Shown here in pieces: positions 1-9,270 of a stretch of DNA of 36,789 nucleotides. The stretch's first letter is position 1. Each line of letters begins with the position of its first letter. Source of the stretch: Synechococcus sp. (GTDB lineage: Bacteria > Cyanobacteriota > Cyanobacteriia > Thermostichales > PCC-7336); NCBI GenBank assembly GCA_051439605.1, contig JBFRWN010000019.1, positions 1-36,789 on the forward strand. The letters are read 5' to 3'. The translations under genes and the position numbers were made by a program. The notes beneath the pieces were generated by a model. It was not told where the DNA came from. It did not search any database and saw only the letters and a program-made list of their open reading frames with translations.

Positions 1-79
1 ACTGGCGCGGCGACAATACTTTGGGGGTTGCCCCATGGGAATATAGCTCGATGCCAGACTTTCTATTCTCAATACCAAA

Positions 80-116
80 AGCCCTTCACTCTTTCCTCAC
101 ATTAGAGTGGAGGGCT
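80..116. terminator. Probable intrinsic terminator hairpin
   Basis: Arms AGCCCTTCACTCT (80-92) and AGAGTGGAGGGCT (104-116) have one mismatch/wobble. An A-run at 77-80 gives a U-tract on the minus strand, about 170 bp downstream of the pentapeptide gene stop. Confidence 0.5.
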
Positions 117-288
117 GCTTGGTTGAAGCCTAAAGTAATGCCAAAAAATATGGATGCACGATAAGGTGCTTGGGTTGTGTGTTAATCGTTATGAATTTGG
201 CCGTAAAATTTAATCTCTAACCATAGGTCTAGAACAACGCCGGTCATTGGAACTGTCACGTTCTGCGAAGACTCGTCAGGAATAGCTG

Positions 289-936
289 TCAGGGCATAAA
301 TTCCATACCTGCTTCTAGGGGGTCGAAGCCCTCTGGAAACAAAGTATTGAGGTCGAACATTGCCCCTTCAAATTGGACATCAAGGGCTTTAGCTTCACCA
401 TTTGCCTCTAGGGAAATTGATAGAACATTGCTAATGGCTGAGTCTGTTTCAGGGGAAGGCTTGGATACTGTGGACTCAGATTCATCAACCTGTAAAGGAG
501 CGCCATAGACAAACAGGATCGTACGATCAAGATTGGCCCCTCGCAAATCCGCCTCCTGAAGATTGGCCCCCCGCAAATCGCTGCCCGACAGGTTGGCAAA
601 ACTGAGGTTGGCACCCTTGAAGTCTGTCCCACGCAGATTGCTAAGGCGTAAATCTGCCAAATATAAGTTGGATTCAGCCAAGTTAGCACCTTCTAAGCTG
701 GCGGGAACTGGCCCTTCTCGGTAGAGTTTCGCCCTTTGTAGATTAGAGCCGGATAGGTTGGTGTAGCTCAGATCGACCCCTCTTAAATTGGCATCTTGCA
801 GATCGCATTCCGTACATGTGCCCGTTTCAATCAGAGCGTAATAGGGGGCCAGATCTCTTCCCTGAACGGCAATTGCTGCTATCAAGGCGATTGTTAGGCC
901 GCTTCCAAGCACTACTGGAGATTTCATGGACATCAC
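289..936 (-). CDS. Pentapeptide repeat protein with N-terminal hydrophobic/signal segment
   Basis: Tandem A(D/N)Lxx repeats (ANLRG VDLSY TNLSG SNLQR; ANLSF ANLSG SDLRG ANLQE ADLRG), preceded by the 'LIETGTCTECDL' motif typical of exported cyanobacterial pentapeptide proteins. Confidence 0.9.
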   Translation of the reverse strand: MMSMKSPVVLGSGLTIALIAAIAVQGRDLAPYYALIETGTCTECDLQDANLRGVDLSYTNLSGSNLQRAKLYREGPVPASLEGANLAESNLYLADLRLSNLRGTDFKGANLSFANLSGSDLRGANLQEADLRGANLDRTILFVYGAPLQVDESESTVSKPSPETDSAISNVLSISLEANGEAKALDVQFEGAMFDLNTLFPEGFDPLEAGMEFMP

Positions 937-1445
937 CCTGCCGCTAAAGGACCATCAGTATTGTTTAAACAAGCTATTCGACACACCGCACATTTAGTAT
1001 AGCAATTCGATTCTAATCCGTTTAGGCCACTATATATAGTCTCAATATAACTTGAGGTTTCCGGAGGAAACCTGCAGTGTGATATACGAATTTCTGACGT
1101 ATCTGGAGTCCTGATGCTAGGTGGCTACTCACTTTTCGAACTTCTGAGTTTAAGCTGGCTGCGACTAAGGTGGCTGATTTCATGCTGAGCGAGCGCACGG
1201 GGACCCAGCTGTGAATCAGCATCTCGACTTACGATCCACTTGCAACAAATCCTACGGAAAATTGCCAATGATACTGATGACGGGTGCAATGCCTGCTACC
1301 TGAAACTGAACCGTGGCGCTTTTTGCTTTTAAGTGAATGCTCTCGGTCTATTAGCATCTACAGGCTGCTCTATAAAATGTTACGGAACGTATGATGCTGA
1401 TTCAAGGTTGGTTGATATAACAGAAGTAGGGCTATATCAAATAAT

Positions 1446-1703
1446 ATGTTGCAAGACTACAGACTTATTCGTAATTACCAGGCTATGACAGATGCCATGG
1501 TCGATTTGTGGCAGCGGGGCTATCGCTCTGACGATTTAAGGCTAATGATTGATGGCTACCTGCTGGCTCTCCGCACGTTGGGAACGTTTGAGCCGTTTGA
1601 AATTCGCCGGCTGGAAGAGGAGACAATTCGTTTTCTCTACGATCGCGCGAATTTTGAAACCCCTTTGCCAGAGCTGGAGACAGAGACGATGCCTCGCTAC
1701 TAG
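1446..1703 (+). CDS. Conserved cyanobacterial small protein (DUF6761-like)
   Basis: MLQD..IR.YQ..TDA.V.LW.RGYR..D.R...DGYL.ALR....EP..I.RLEEE..R.LYD..NF pattern, recognised from memory as a conserved cyanobacterial family. Confidence 0.75.
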   Translation: MLQDYRLIRNYQAMTDAMVDLWQRGYRSDDLRLMIDGYLLALRTLGTFEPFEIRRLEEETIRFLYDRANFETPLPELETETMPRY

Positions 1704-1727
1704 GGCAGCGTTAGCTCGAAGGCTCTG

Positions 1728-2606
1728 CTAGAGTGAAGTTCCTACGATCATCCCCGCCAGGATGATGAATCCGACAGTGACGTTCTGGCGAAATATCTTT
1801 GGAAATATAGCTTTTGAAGGCTGCCACTCGTGCAGCTTTTTTGTTTGCCATACCCAGATTGCAGAAGCCGCAGCAAGGGTTACGTAGTAGGCCCAGTGCA
1901 GTTGCAAAATTAATCCCGTGCAAAGCAAGAAGATCGCAGCCCCCAGAAAGAACAGTCCGATCGCAGCGGGAGCAAAGGGGCCAAAAAAGCGCGCACTGGA
2001 GCGAATGCCGACTTTTTCGTCATCCTCGCGATCGGAAAGGGCGTATACCGTATCGAATCCTAGTGTCCACAGCACAGTGGCCGCCCAAAGGGTGAACGTG
2101 GCAGGTTCCCAAATGGGGCGATCGTTTGCTTGGCCTGTGACTGCGGTCCAGCTAATCAGAACTGCAAATCCCCAAGCCAACGCCAGGACCAACTGGGGTA
2201 CTGGAAAGACTCGCTTAGCGCCTGGGTAAAGCGCAATCAAGGGAACAGCTGCGGCGCAGAGGACAAAGGTTACAGGGTTAAGAAAGGTCGCCAACATAAA
2301 GGCACATGCAAGTCCTACTAGACCCACAACTATACCTACCGCGAGGGATAGACGTTTCGATGCCAGCGGACGGTTCTTAGTACGTTCGACCTTAGAGTCT
2401 AAATTCCGATCCCAAATGTCGTTGACAACGCAGCCCGCTGCACTGGTAGCCAGAGTGCCCACAACGATGATAGAAATCAGGGAAATCGGCGGTGTACCTC
2501 TAGCTGCCAAAAAAGCCCCCCACAATGCGGGAACCATCAGAATCAGTCGTCCAGCGGGTTTATCCCAACGCAGTAATTGAACGATCGCTAGCAATGTCGG
2601 ATTCAT
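1728..2606 (-). CDS. ubiA: 4-hydroxybenzoate solanesyltransferase (UbiA family, plastoquinone biosynthesis)
   Basis: LLRWDKPAG start, Asp-rich motifs NDIWDRNLD and YALSDREDD, RTKNRPLAS, multiple transmembrane helices. Confidence 0.92.
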   Translation of the reverse strand: MNPTLLAIVQLLRWDKPAGRLILMVPALWGAFLAARGTPPISLISIIVVGTLATSAAGCVVNDIWDRNLDSKVERTKNRPLASKRLSLAVGIVVGLVGLACAFMLATFLNPVTFVLCAAAVPLIALYPGAKRVFPVPQLVLALAWGFAVLISWTAVTGQANDRPIWEPATFTLWAATVLWTLGFDTVYALSDREDDEKVGIRSSARFFGPFAPAAIGLFFLGAAIFLLCTGLILQLHWAYYVTLAAASAIWVWQTKKLHEWQPSKAIFPKIFRQNVTVGFIILAGMIVGTSL

Positions 2607-2740
2607 AATGTGGGATTCAATAGGCGTTTCAAACGTCAGAGGGAGGAAGATGATCTACACAAACAATCCCGGAACGAGTTAGAGGGTATAAAACTGGGGT
2701 ATGTCCCTCAGAGCATCAATTGGGTAGGCCAGATACGCAC

Positions 2741-4033
2741 TTAGTTTAACTGAGAGGCTGACAGTATAAAGCTGATCAGGAATCCAGCAATGGTGGCCAG
2801 CGAAACCACTCCTCCCCCCAATTCGAAGGCTTCGGGCATCATCGTACTGGCTAACATTGCCAACACCGCTCCTCCGGATACCGACTGAATCACGGCTCCA
2901 GTTGCGGGAGAAATGGCATTCACTAGCAGGCTTCCCCCCAGTGCACATGCGCCCACTAAAATGACTTGGCTACTCCAGAGACCTAAAATTTTACGGATGC
3001 TGTAACCTGCCTGTCGCATGCCAATTGAGCTGGTTAACGATTCAGGCAGGTTAGAGATAAACACCGCAAGCAAAAACGCAGTGCCTGTGGAAGGGGTATG
3101 AGTGGCCATCCCTAACACGATCGCCTCCGGAATATTGTCGAGCATTGTGCCCACAAAAATGGCCAGCGGAGCACTGCTGGTAGCCAAAGACCTTGCCATC
3201 TGTTGTTCTTCGGCGGGGGACAAATCCAATTCGATACTGTCGATCGCTTGTTGACGCCACGCGGCTAGATTCGCTTCAGCCCGCACCCTAGAGGTGTTGG
3301 TGGTTTGCAGCCGCCGAGCGAGCACCCGGCTGAGGGAACTTGCCAGATGGGGGGAACGGGCAATCAACTTGTCGAAGTGAGGACGGTCTAGCCGGAAAAT
3401 GTTCATGCCGCTCTTGGCCACAACGGTGGCGGAGCGGGGTTCTCCTGTCAGCAAAGCCATCTCCCCAAACACTTCACCCGCATCCAGATTCGCGATCGTC
3501 GTATTGTCAACTTCTACAGTGGCTTCACCGCTGGCAATCATCCCCAGCCAATCCCCCATATCTCCCTGTTCAAACAGAACTTGACCGGCGGGGACGGAGA
3601 CCTCTTGCACCATGCCCACGATCGCCTGGGCTTCTTCAGGGGGAATCTCCTGCAATACACGGATGTGGGAAAGGGCGCTAAGGACAGTTTCGGCTTCCTC
3701 TTGGCGACGATGAAAAAGAAAGCGGCGACGATTGGCGGGGTGGCGCAGAAATCCGCCCAAGCGGTCAACGTACTGAGTCGCTAAAGTGAAACAGCCTCCC
3801 CCCAAACAAAAGCCAATGGCAATGGGCAAAACCCCGTTGGCCTCAAAGACGGGGAGAGCGATTTCAAATGCGATTGCCGAAATTAAAGTGCCGCTGCCAA
3901 ATGCCATGACGGCTGCGGACAGAGCACGGCGAGGTCGCCAAACTAAACCCAACAGCGATCCTAGCAGCAGGCTCGACGCGGCAAGTAGACCCTGAAAAAG
4001 GGCACTAAGGGGCATGCAATCTCGGTGGGGCAT
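2741..4033 (-). CDS. ZIP (Zrt/Irt-like, GufA-type) transporter with internal cyclic-nucleotide-binding domain
   Basis: Three N-terminal TMs (AFGSGTLISAIAFE), then a CNBD (GQVLFEQGD..D...I.SG; GEVFGEMALLTGEPRSATVVA), then five TMs with ZIP-like LDNIPEA / ISNLPES motifs and C-terminal GGAVLAMLASTMMPEAF. Confidence 0.85.
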   Translation of the reverse strand: MPHRDCMPLSALFQGLLAASSLLLGSLLGLVWRPRRALSAAVMAFGSGTLISAIAFEIALPVFEANGVLPIAIGFCLGGGCFTLATQYVDRLGGFLRHPANRRRFLFHRRQEEAETVLSALSHIRVLQEIPPEEAQAIVGMVQEVSVPAGQVLFEQGDMGDWLGMIASGEATVEVDNTTIANLDAGEVFGEMALLTGEPRSATVVAKSGMNIFRLDRPHFDKLIARSPHLASSLSRVLARRLQTTNTSRVRAEANLAAWRQQAIDSIELDLSPAEEQQMARSLATSSAPLAIFVGTMLDNIPEAIVLGMATHTPSTGTAFLLAVFISNLPESLTSSIGMRQAGYSIRKILGLWSSQVILVGACALGGSLLVNAISPATGAVIQSVSGGAVLAMLASTMMPEAFELGGGVVSLATIAGFLISFILSASQLN

Positions 4034-4204
4034 CGACGGGTTGATTGTATCGTCCCAAGTGGCGCGTAGAGCACTGAGGGCAATCGTGTTTGATGTCTCC
4101 GTAAGATTGGAGACGCATCAAGAAGAGACTATGTAGCGGAGACGATCTCAATGGTGGGTTCTCTCGATATGCTGTAACCGTTCGCCACCCCCCCAAAAAA
4201 ATCT

Positions 4205-5626
4205 ATGACTGCCGCAGTTCCTGCTTCAATCTCTGCCCCCATTCAGTTCGGAACGGATGGATGGAGAGCGGTGATTGCCGATGAGTTTACCTACGCCCAA
4301 GTTCAGCGGGTGGCTCAAGCAAGTGCCCGCGTACTGGCCGAGACTTACTCGGGGAATGGCATCGTAGTTGGGTTCGACAATCGATTTCTATCGGAGGAAT
4401 TCGCCCGCAGCGCCGCCGAGGCGATCGCGGCGATCGATATCCCCGTCAAACTTTCTATCTGTGCGGCACCAACACCCGCTTTTAGCTGGGCTGCCAATCA
4501 ATTGGGACTGTATGGGGCAATTGTCATTACCGCCAGCCACAACCCTCCAGAATATTCCGGCATCAAAATTAAGGGAGCCTTTGGTGGCTCTGTGACTGCA
4601 GAGGTCACCCGCCACGTGGAAGCGTTGCTTGAAAAGCTACCCGTGGCGATTCAATCTGATCGGGAGCCTGGAATTGAGGCGTTCGATCCCTGGCCGATGT
4701 ACCTAGAACAGCTCGGCCGTCAGGTGGATCTAGAAGCCATCCGGAATTGTTCTGCCAAAATTTGGATCGATGCTTTACACGGCTCTGCGGCGGGGGGAAT
4801 GACTCGACTTCTGGGCGATCGCATTCAGGAATTGCGTGGCTATCGCGATCCTCTGTTTGGCGGAATGTCTCCAGAGCCTCTGCCTCCCCAGCTGGCCGAT
4901 ACGATGGCAACCATTGCTGAGGATGAAGCCCCTCTCAAAGTAGGGCTTGTCTTCGACGGCGATGGCGATCGGATTGCAGGGGTCGATGGATCGGGCAGGT
5001 TTCTCAGCCCGCAGATCTTAATCCCAGTCTTGATTGAGCATTTGGCAGAACGTCGAGGTTATCGTGGTGAATTGGTCAAAACAGTGAGCGGCTCGGAATT
5101 GTTTGCCAGGGTGGCTGACCTCTACAACATTCCCGTTACGGAAACGGCAATCGGGTTTAAGTACATTGCCGATCGCATGTTAGCCACCGATGTCATGCTG
5201 GGCGGGGAGGAGTCCGGAGGCATCGGCTTTACCGGACACATTCCCGAGCGGGATGGCATGCTATCCGCCCTGTACCTGCTGGAGGCGATCGCCGCGACGG
5301 AACAAGATCTGAGCGATATTTATGTCCGACTGCAAGCAAAGACCGGCTATACCTCTTACTACAACCGACGCGATCTGAATTTAGGGGACAAAGGCAAGCA
5401 GGAGGCATTAATGGGCTCCTTAGACAGCAATCCCCCTACACAGATTGAAGGGAGGGAGGTTATCGAGCATCTTACGAAAGATGGTCACAAATTCGTGTTA
5501 AACGATGGCAGTTGGCTGATGATTCGCGCCAGCGGCACCGAACCAGTGCTTCGGCTCTATTGCGAAGCCCTCAGCTCCGATGCAGTTGAATCTTTGTTGG
5601 ATTGGGCGGAGAATTGGGCGTCTTAG
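4205..5626 (+). CDS. Phosphoglucomutase/phosphomannomutase family protein
   Basis: FGTDGWR, catalytic ITASHNP, metal loop FDGDGDR, GEESGG, IRASGTEP. Confidence 0.95.
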   Translation: MTAAVPASISAPIQFGTDGWRAVIADEFTYAQVQRVAQASARVLAETYSGNGIVVGFDNRFLSEEFARSAAEAIAAIDIPVKLSICAAPTPAFSWAANQLGLYGAIVITASHNPPEYSGIKIKGAFGGSVTAEVTRHVEALLEKLPVAIQSDREPGIEAFDPWPMYLEQLGRQVDLEAIRNCSAKIWIDALHGSAAGGMTRLLGDRIQELRGYRDPLFGGMSPEPLPPQLADTMATIAEDEAPLKVGLVFDGDGDRIAGVDGSGRFLSPQILIPVLIEHLAERRGYRGELVKTVSGSELFARVADLYNIPVTETAIGFKYIADRMLATDVMLGGEESGGIGFTGHIPERDGMLSALYLLEAIAATEQDLSDIYVRLQAKTGYTSYYNRRDLNLGDKGKQEALMGSLDSNPPTQIEGREVIEHLTKDGHKFVLNDGSWLMIRASGTEPVLRLYCEALSSDAVESLLDWAENWAS

Positions 5627-5707
5627 GGGGAGAGACCCTTTATAAAGCCTTCTCGTGCCAAGCTTGGATTACATTGAAAAAGACTCAAACTAATTGAAAT
5701 CTTTTCA

Positions 5708-6802
5708 ATGACTGCCACCGCCCTCACCCCTGATGCCATTCTGGACGTGCTGCGCCCCGTCCAGGATCCCGAGCTACGTAAGAGCTTGGTGGAGCTGAAT
5801 ATGATTCGCAATGTGGTGGTGACCGGAGAGGATGTCGCGTTTACGCTTGTCCTGACCACTCCAGCCTGTCCGCTGCGGGAATTTATCGTGGACGAATGCA
5901 AAGAGGCCGTTCGCTCGCTGGGCATCGTGGGCCAAATCGATGTGGATGTGACTGCGGAAACCCCTCAGTTTGTTAGCAGCTTGCCCGACAAACGGGGTAT
6001 CGAGGGGGTACGCAACATCGTTGCAGTGACCAGCGGTAAGGGGGGGGTAGGCAAGTCTACCGTCTCAGCCAACCTGGCTGTGGCCCTTGCCAAAACTGGG
6101 GCGCGGGTGGGTATTCTCGATGCCGATATCTACGGGCCAAACATGCCTATGATGTTGGGGCTTCAGGGACAGCCGGTGGAGGTGAAAAAAAATGCCGCTG
6201 GCGAAGAAACGATGTACCCAGTGGAAAACCACGGTATCAAGCTGGTGTCTATGAGCTTCTTGATCGATCCTGACCAGCCTGTGATTTGGCGGGGGCCGAT
6301 GCTGAATGCCATCATCCGTCGTTTTCTCTATGACGTGGCTTGGGGAGAATTGGATTACCTGATTGTGGATATGCCCCCCGGCACCGGGGATGCCCAGCTG
6401 ACGCTGGCTCAGGCCGTTCCCATCGCTGGAGCTGTCATTGTTACCACGCCTCAGCCGGTGGCCCTACACGATGCCCGCAAAGGCTTGAAGATGTTCGAGC
6501 AGTTGGGGGTCCCCATTCTGGGCATCGTGGAAAATATGACCTATTTCATCCCGCCGGATATGCCCGAGAAGCGCTACGACCTATTTGGTTCGGGGGGTGG
6601 GGAAAGAACCGCCCAAGAACTAGGGATTCCTGTGCTGGGCACCGTTCCAATGGAAATTCAATTGCGCCAACAAAGTGACAGCGGTCAACCTATTGTCGTG
6701 AGTAACCCCGAATCCGAGTCAGCAAAAGCATTGACGGCGATCGCTAAAACCGTTGCCGGCAAGGTTTCTGTTCAAGCCCTAACGAACCGTCCGGGGCTGT
6801 AG
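5708..6802 (+). CDS. mrp: Mrp/NBP35/ApbC Fe-S cluster carrier ATPase (HCF101-like, with N-terminal DUF59 domain)
   Basis: N-terminal DPEL..S.V.L...TTPACP domain, deviant Walker A GKGGVGKST, DADIYGP, WRGPM, DMPPGTGD. Confidence 0.93.
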   Translation: MTATALTPDAILDVLRPVQDPELRKSLVELNMIRNVVVTGEDVAFTLVLTTPACPLREFIVDECKEAVRSLGIVGQIDVDVTAETPQFVSSLPDKRGIEGVRNIVAVTSGKGGVGKSTVSANLAVALAKTGARVGILDADIYGPNMPMMLGLQGQPVEVKKNAAGEETMYPVENHGIKLVSMSFLIDPDQPVIWRGPMLNAIIRRFLYDVAWGELDYLIVDMPPGTGDAQLTLAQAVPIAGAVIVTTPQPVALHDARKGLKMFEQLGVPILGIVENMTYFIPPDMPEKRYDLFGSGGGERTAQELGIPVLGTVPMEIQLRQQSDSGQPIVVSNPESESAKALTAIAKTVAGKVSVQALTNRPGL

Positions 6803-6856
6803 AACTCAAGAGGGTTTCTTGACCTGATTTCTATGCTGGGTTTTCACTATTGGCTG

Positions 6857-7297
6857 CTAGGACTGGGGGAACTGTACCAGCACAGCCGTAGCAAAGGCAT
6901 AGTCACCATCGTGGCTGAAGCTGAGTTGCCAGCTTGCCAGCTCAGGATCCCCCCCCAGTCGGCGCAACACATCTATCCCACGGCCATGCAACACAACTGA
7001 TGGGGCTCCCGAGAGGGCACGCCGAATTTCCACGTCTCGATATCCCACCCCCTTCCACCCTACGCCTAAGGCTTTGACGGCGGCTTCTTTGGCTCCCCAG
7101 CGTCCAGCAAGACGATGCAACGTGTGGGCTGGGGAGCGAAAGCAGTAGTCTCGCTCGGCAGGGGTGTAAACCTTGTTCAAGAAGCGATCTCCAAACCGAT
7201 CCAGGGCTTCCTGAATACGGGGCATATGAACTACATCCGTGCCGAGCCGAACTAAAGGGTGCTGCATGTATCTAGCCAGCTTGTTATCTAGACCCAC
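6857..7297 (-). CDS. acpS: Holo-[acyl-carrier-protein] synthase (AcpS-type PPTase); alternative start ATG at 7267
   Basis: GTDVV, GRWGAKEAAVKALG and LSFSHDGDYA motifs; single-domain length of about 135-146 aa. Confidence 0.92.
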   Translation of the reverse strand: MGLDNKLARYMQHPLVRLGTDVVHMPRIQEALDRFGDRFLNKVYTPAERDYCFRSPAHTLHRLAGRWGAKEAAVKALGVGWKGVGYRDVEIRRALSGAPSVVLHGRGIDVLRRLGGDPELASWQLSFSHDGDYAFATAVLVQFPQS

Positions 7298-7387
7298 CTT
7301 AGCGAGTCCAGCGATACCATCATCCAGAAAGATTGACTAACAGTTGAAGTGCCCCAGTCGCGTGTTGAATCAGGAGCTAATTTTGCA

Positions 7388-7633
7388 CTATTGACGTGAC
7401 TTTGCTTTATCCAAACGTAAAGGGCGCCCCATAAAATCAGCCCCGTTTGCCACCTCGATTGCTTCATCCTCCTGTTCCGATGAAGCCAAATTCACAAATG
7501 CAATTCCTTTGCCCCGTCCGCTTTCTCGATCGACGGGAATACTAACAGATTTAACTTCCCACTTATCACTGAAAAATCCAGTCAGATCGTCTGAGGAAGC
7601 AGTGTAATTTAAATTGCCAACAAATATGGTCAT
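7388..7633 (-). CDS. RRM-type RNA-binding protein (cyanobacterial Rbp family, no Gly-rich tail)
   Basis: RNP2 IFVGNL, 'P.DRESGR' followed by RNP1-like KGIAFVNL, G...MGR.LR..KA ending. Confidence 0.9.
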   Translation of the reverse strand: MTIFVGNLNYTASSDDLTGFFSDKWEVKSVSIPVDRESGRGKGIAFVNLASSEQEDEAIEVANGADFMGRPLRLDKAKSRQ

Positions 7634-8100
7634 AAACCTGCTAGAGGGATCTCTAGTGCGAAATTCGGAGCTGCAAGAATGGGTATATAGAAGTTCTTCA
7701 CTTCTACCACGACGAATTGGACCATCCGAGAAACATAACAGGATGTAACGATAAATTTTCTTAAAAGTTAACTCGGCTTCATGTCAACATTTTGTGTACA
7801 TCAATTGGACGATTTAAGGTCTAGAATTATGAATTTATGCACATGGGAAAACATCTGCTTAGCTTTGGTGATGCTTGCGGTAGGAGAGGGTTGCTTTTGC
7901 CCCAGAGGCAATCCCTGGGAACGGTCGTGGAAGGTCCGATCGCCAAGAGATACAGAGTGTCTGGCAGTGCAATTCCTACGATGTTTAGGATGCAGGTTTA
8001 GAGTCAGTCGCTTGACGGACAACGATCGTTACAATCCAAGGGAAGAAATGTGACTCTCAAAGGGGAGGCACGACCTGGTGGTTCTTAATGGGAGGTCAAG

Positions 8101-9132
8101 GTGCTGATTTCGGAGATTGCTGAACGACTCAGCTGCACTTGGGATGGGAAGGATGTAGAGATCTTAGGGGTAGCAGCCCTCAACGAAGCGCAGGCGGGTC
8201 AACTGACGTTTATCAGCGACCCCAAATATCTGCCGCTGTTAGAGCAGACCAACGCTAGTGCAGTTATCTTGGATGACAAAACCCCTGCGCCTCTAGGAGT
8301 AACTTGTCTGCGTACTCCCAGCCCCCGATTAGCTTTTGCCAAGGTTATCGAATGGTTCTACACCCCTTATCGAGAGCAAGCGGGTGTTCATCCCAGCGCC
8401 GTGGTAGCACAAGATGTGGAATTGGGGGTAGATGTGGCCATTGGGGCCAATGCCGTCGTCATGTCGGGGGTCAAGCTGGGCGATCGCACCCAAATTCACG
8501 CCAACGTTACCCTGTACCCCAACGTGAGCGTCGGTAAGGATTGTGTGCTGCTGGCCAACTGCGTTCTGCACGAACGCACCCAAGTGGGCGATCGCTGCAT
8601 TATCCATAGCGGCACCAGCGTGGGGGATGACGGATTTGGGTATGTGACTCAAGCGGATGGTAGTTGGTATCGCATGCTGCAATCAGGCCATGTGGTGTTG
8701 GAAGACGGCGTGGAGTTGGGGGCAAACGTGGCGATCGATCGGCCGGCGGTGGGGGTAACCCGCATTGGCACGGGCACCAAAATCGACAATCTAGTCCAGT
8801 TAGGCCACGGTGTCGAGATTGGGGCCAACACGTTGCTTTGTTCTCAGGTGGGAATTGCGGGGGGTACCAAGCTGGGTCGCAATGTACTCCTAGCGGGCCA
8901 AGTGGGGGTGGTGGACCACGTGGAGCTGGGCGATCGCGTGATGGCGGCAGCCCAAACGGGTATTTCCAGCGATGTGCCAGATAAAACAATTGTCGGGGGC
9001 TACCCCCATCAAACAGCACGGGATTGGAAGCGTACGGTGGCCGTTCAACGGAAACTACCGGAACTCTCTTCCGATGTCCGGCGTTTGAAGCAGCGTTTAG
9101 CGGAGATTGAGGATAAACTCACCTCGTTATAG
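8101..9132 (+). CDS. lpxD: UDP-3-O-(3-hydroxyacyl)glucosamine N-acyltransferase
   Basis: Hexapeptide repeats, G.DGFGY, GTKIDNLVQLGHGV; GGAGG RBS upstream of the GTG start. Confidence 0.95.
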   Translation: MLISEIAERLSCTWDGKDVEILGVAALNEAQAGQLTFISDPKYLPLLEQTNASAVILDDKTPAPLGVTCLRTPSPRLAFAKVIEWFYTPYREQAGVHPSAVVAQDVELGVDVAIGANAVVMSGVKLGDRTQIHANVTLYPNVSVGKDCVLLANCVLHERTQVGDRCIIHSGTSVGDDGFGYVTQADGSWYRMLQSGHVVLEDGVELGANVAIDRPAVGVTRIGTGTKIDNLVQLGHGVEIGANTLLCSQVGIAGGTKLGRNVLLAGQVGVVDHVELGDRVMAAAQTGISSDVPDKTIVGGYPHQTARDWKRTVAVQRKLPELSSDVRRLKQRLAEIEDKLTSL

Positions 9133-9270
9133 CAGTTGCCATCTCAATTAGGGCAGCAAGGCTCTTCCTCAGTCAGACTCTGGATGGTTGAGATGTCATA
9201 CGCGATTCGACGGTCGCGAGACAAGTGCTAGTGACTTGAGCTGAACGACATTAGTGGGTGTGTTCTCGGC

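Noticed and set aside
1..46. Possible 3' end of a + strand CDS (LARRQYFGGCPMGI*)
   Set aside because: Too short to identify; the reading frame cannot be established.
1218..1229. 12-bp match AGCATCTCGACT shared with 14049-14060
   Set aside because: Dozens of 12-mer matches are expected by chance in 37 kb.
937..1445. 509-bp divergent intergenic region with a 66-aa ORF (1022-1222)
   Set aside because: No recognisable protein, RNA-family or NtcA/CRP motif; treated as promoter DNA.
6530..6590. Mrp lacks the C-terminal CxxC (ENMTYFIPPD)
   Set aside because: Normal for cyanobacterial and HCF101-like members.
7781..8053. Overlapping 90-aa and 73-aa ORFs, and a TTGACG..TACAAT pair, in the rbp-lpxD gap
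   Set aside because: The ORFs have no motifs; the -35/-10 spacing is only 12 bp.
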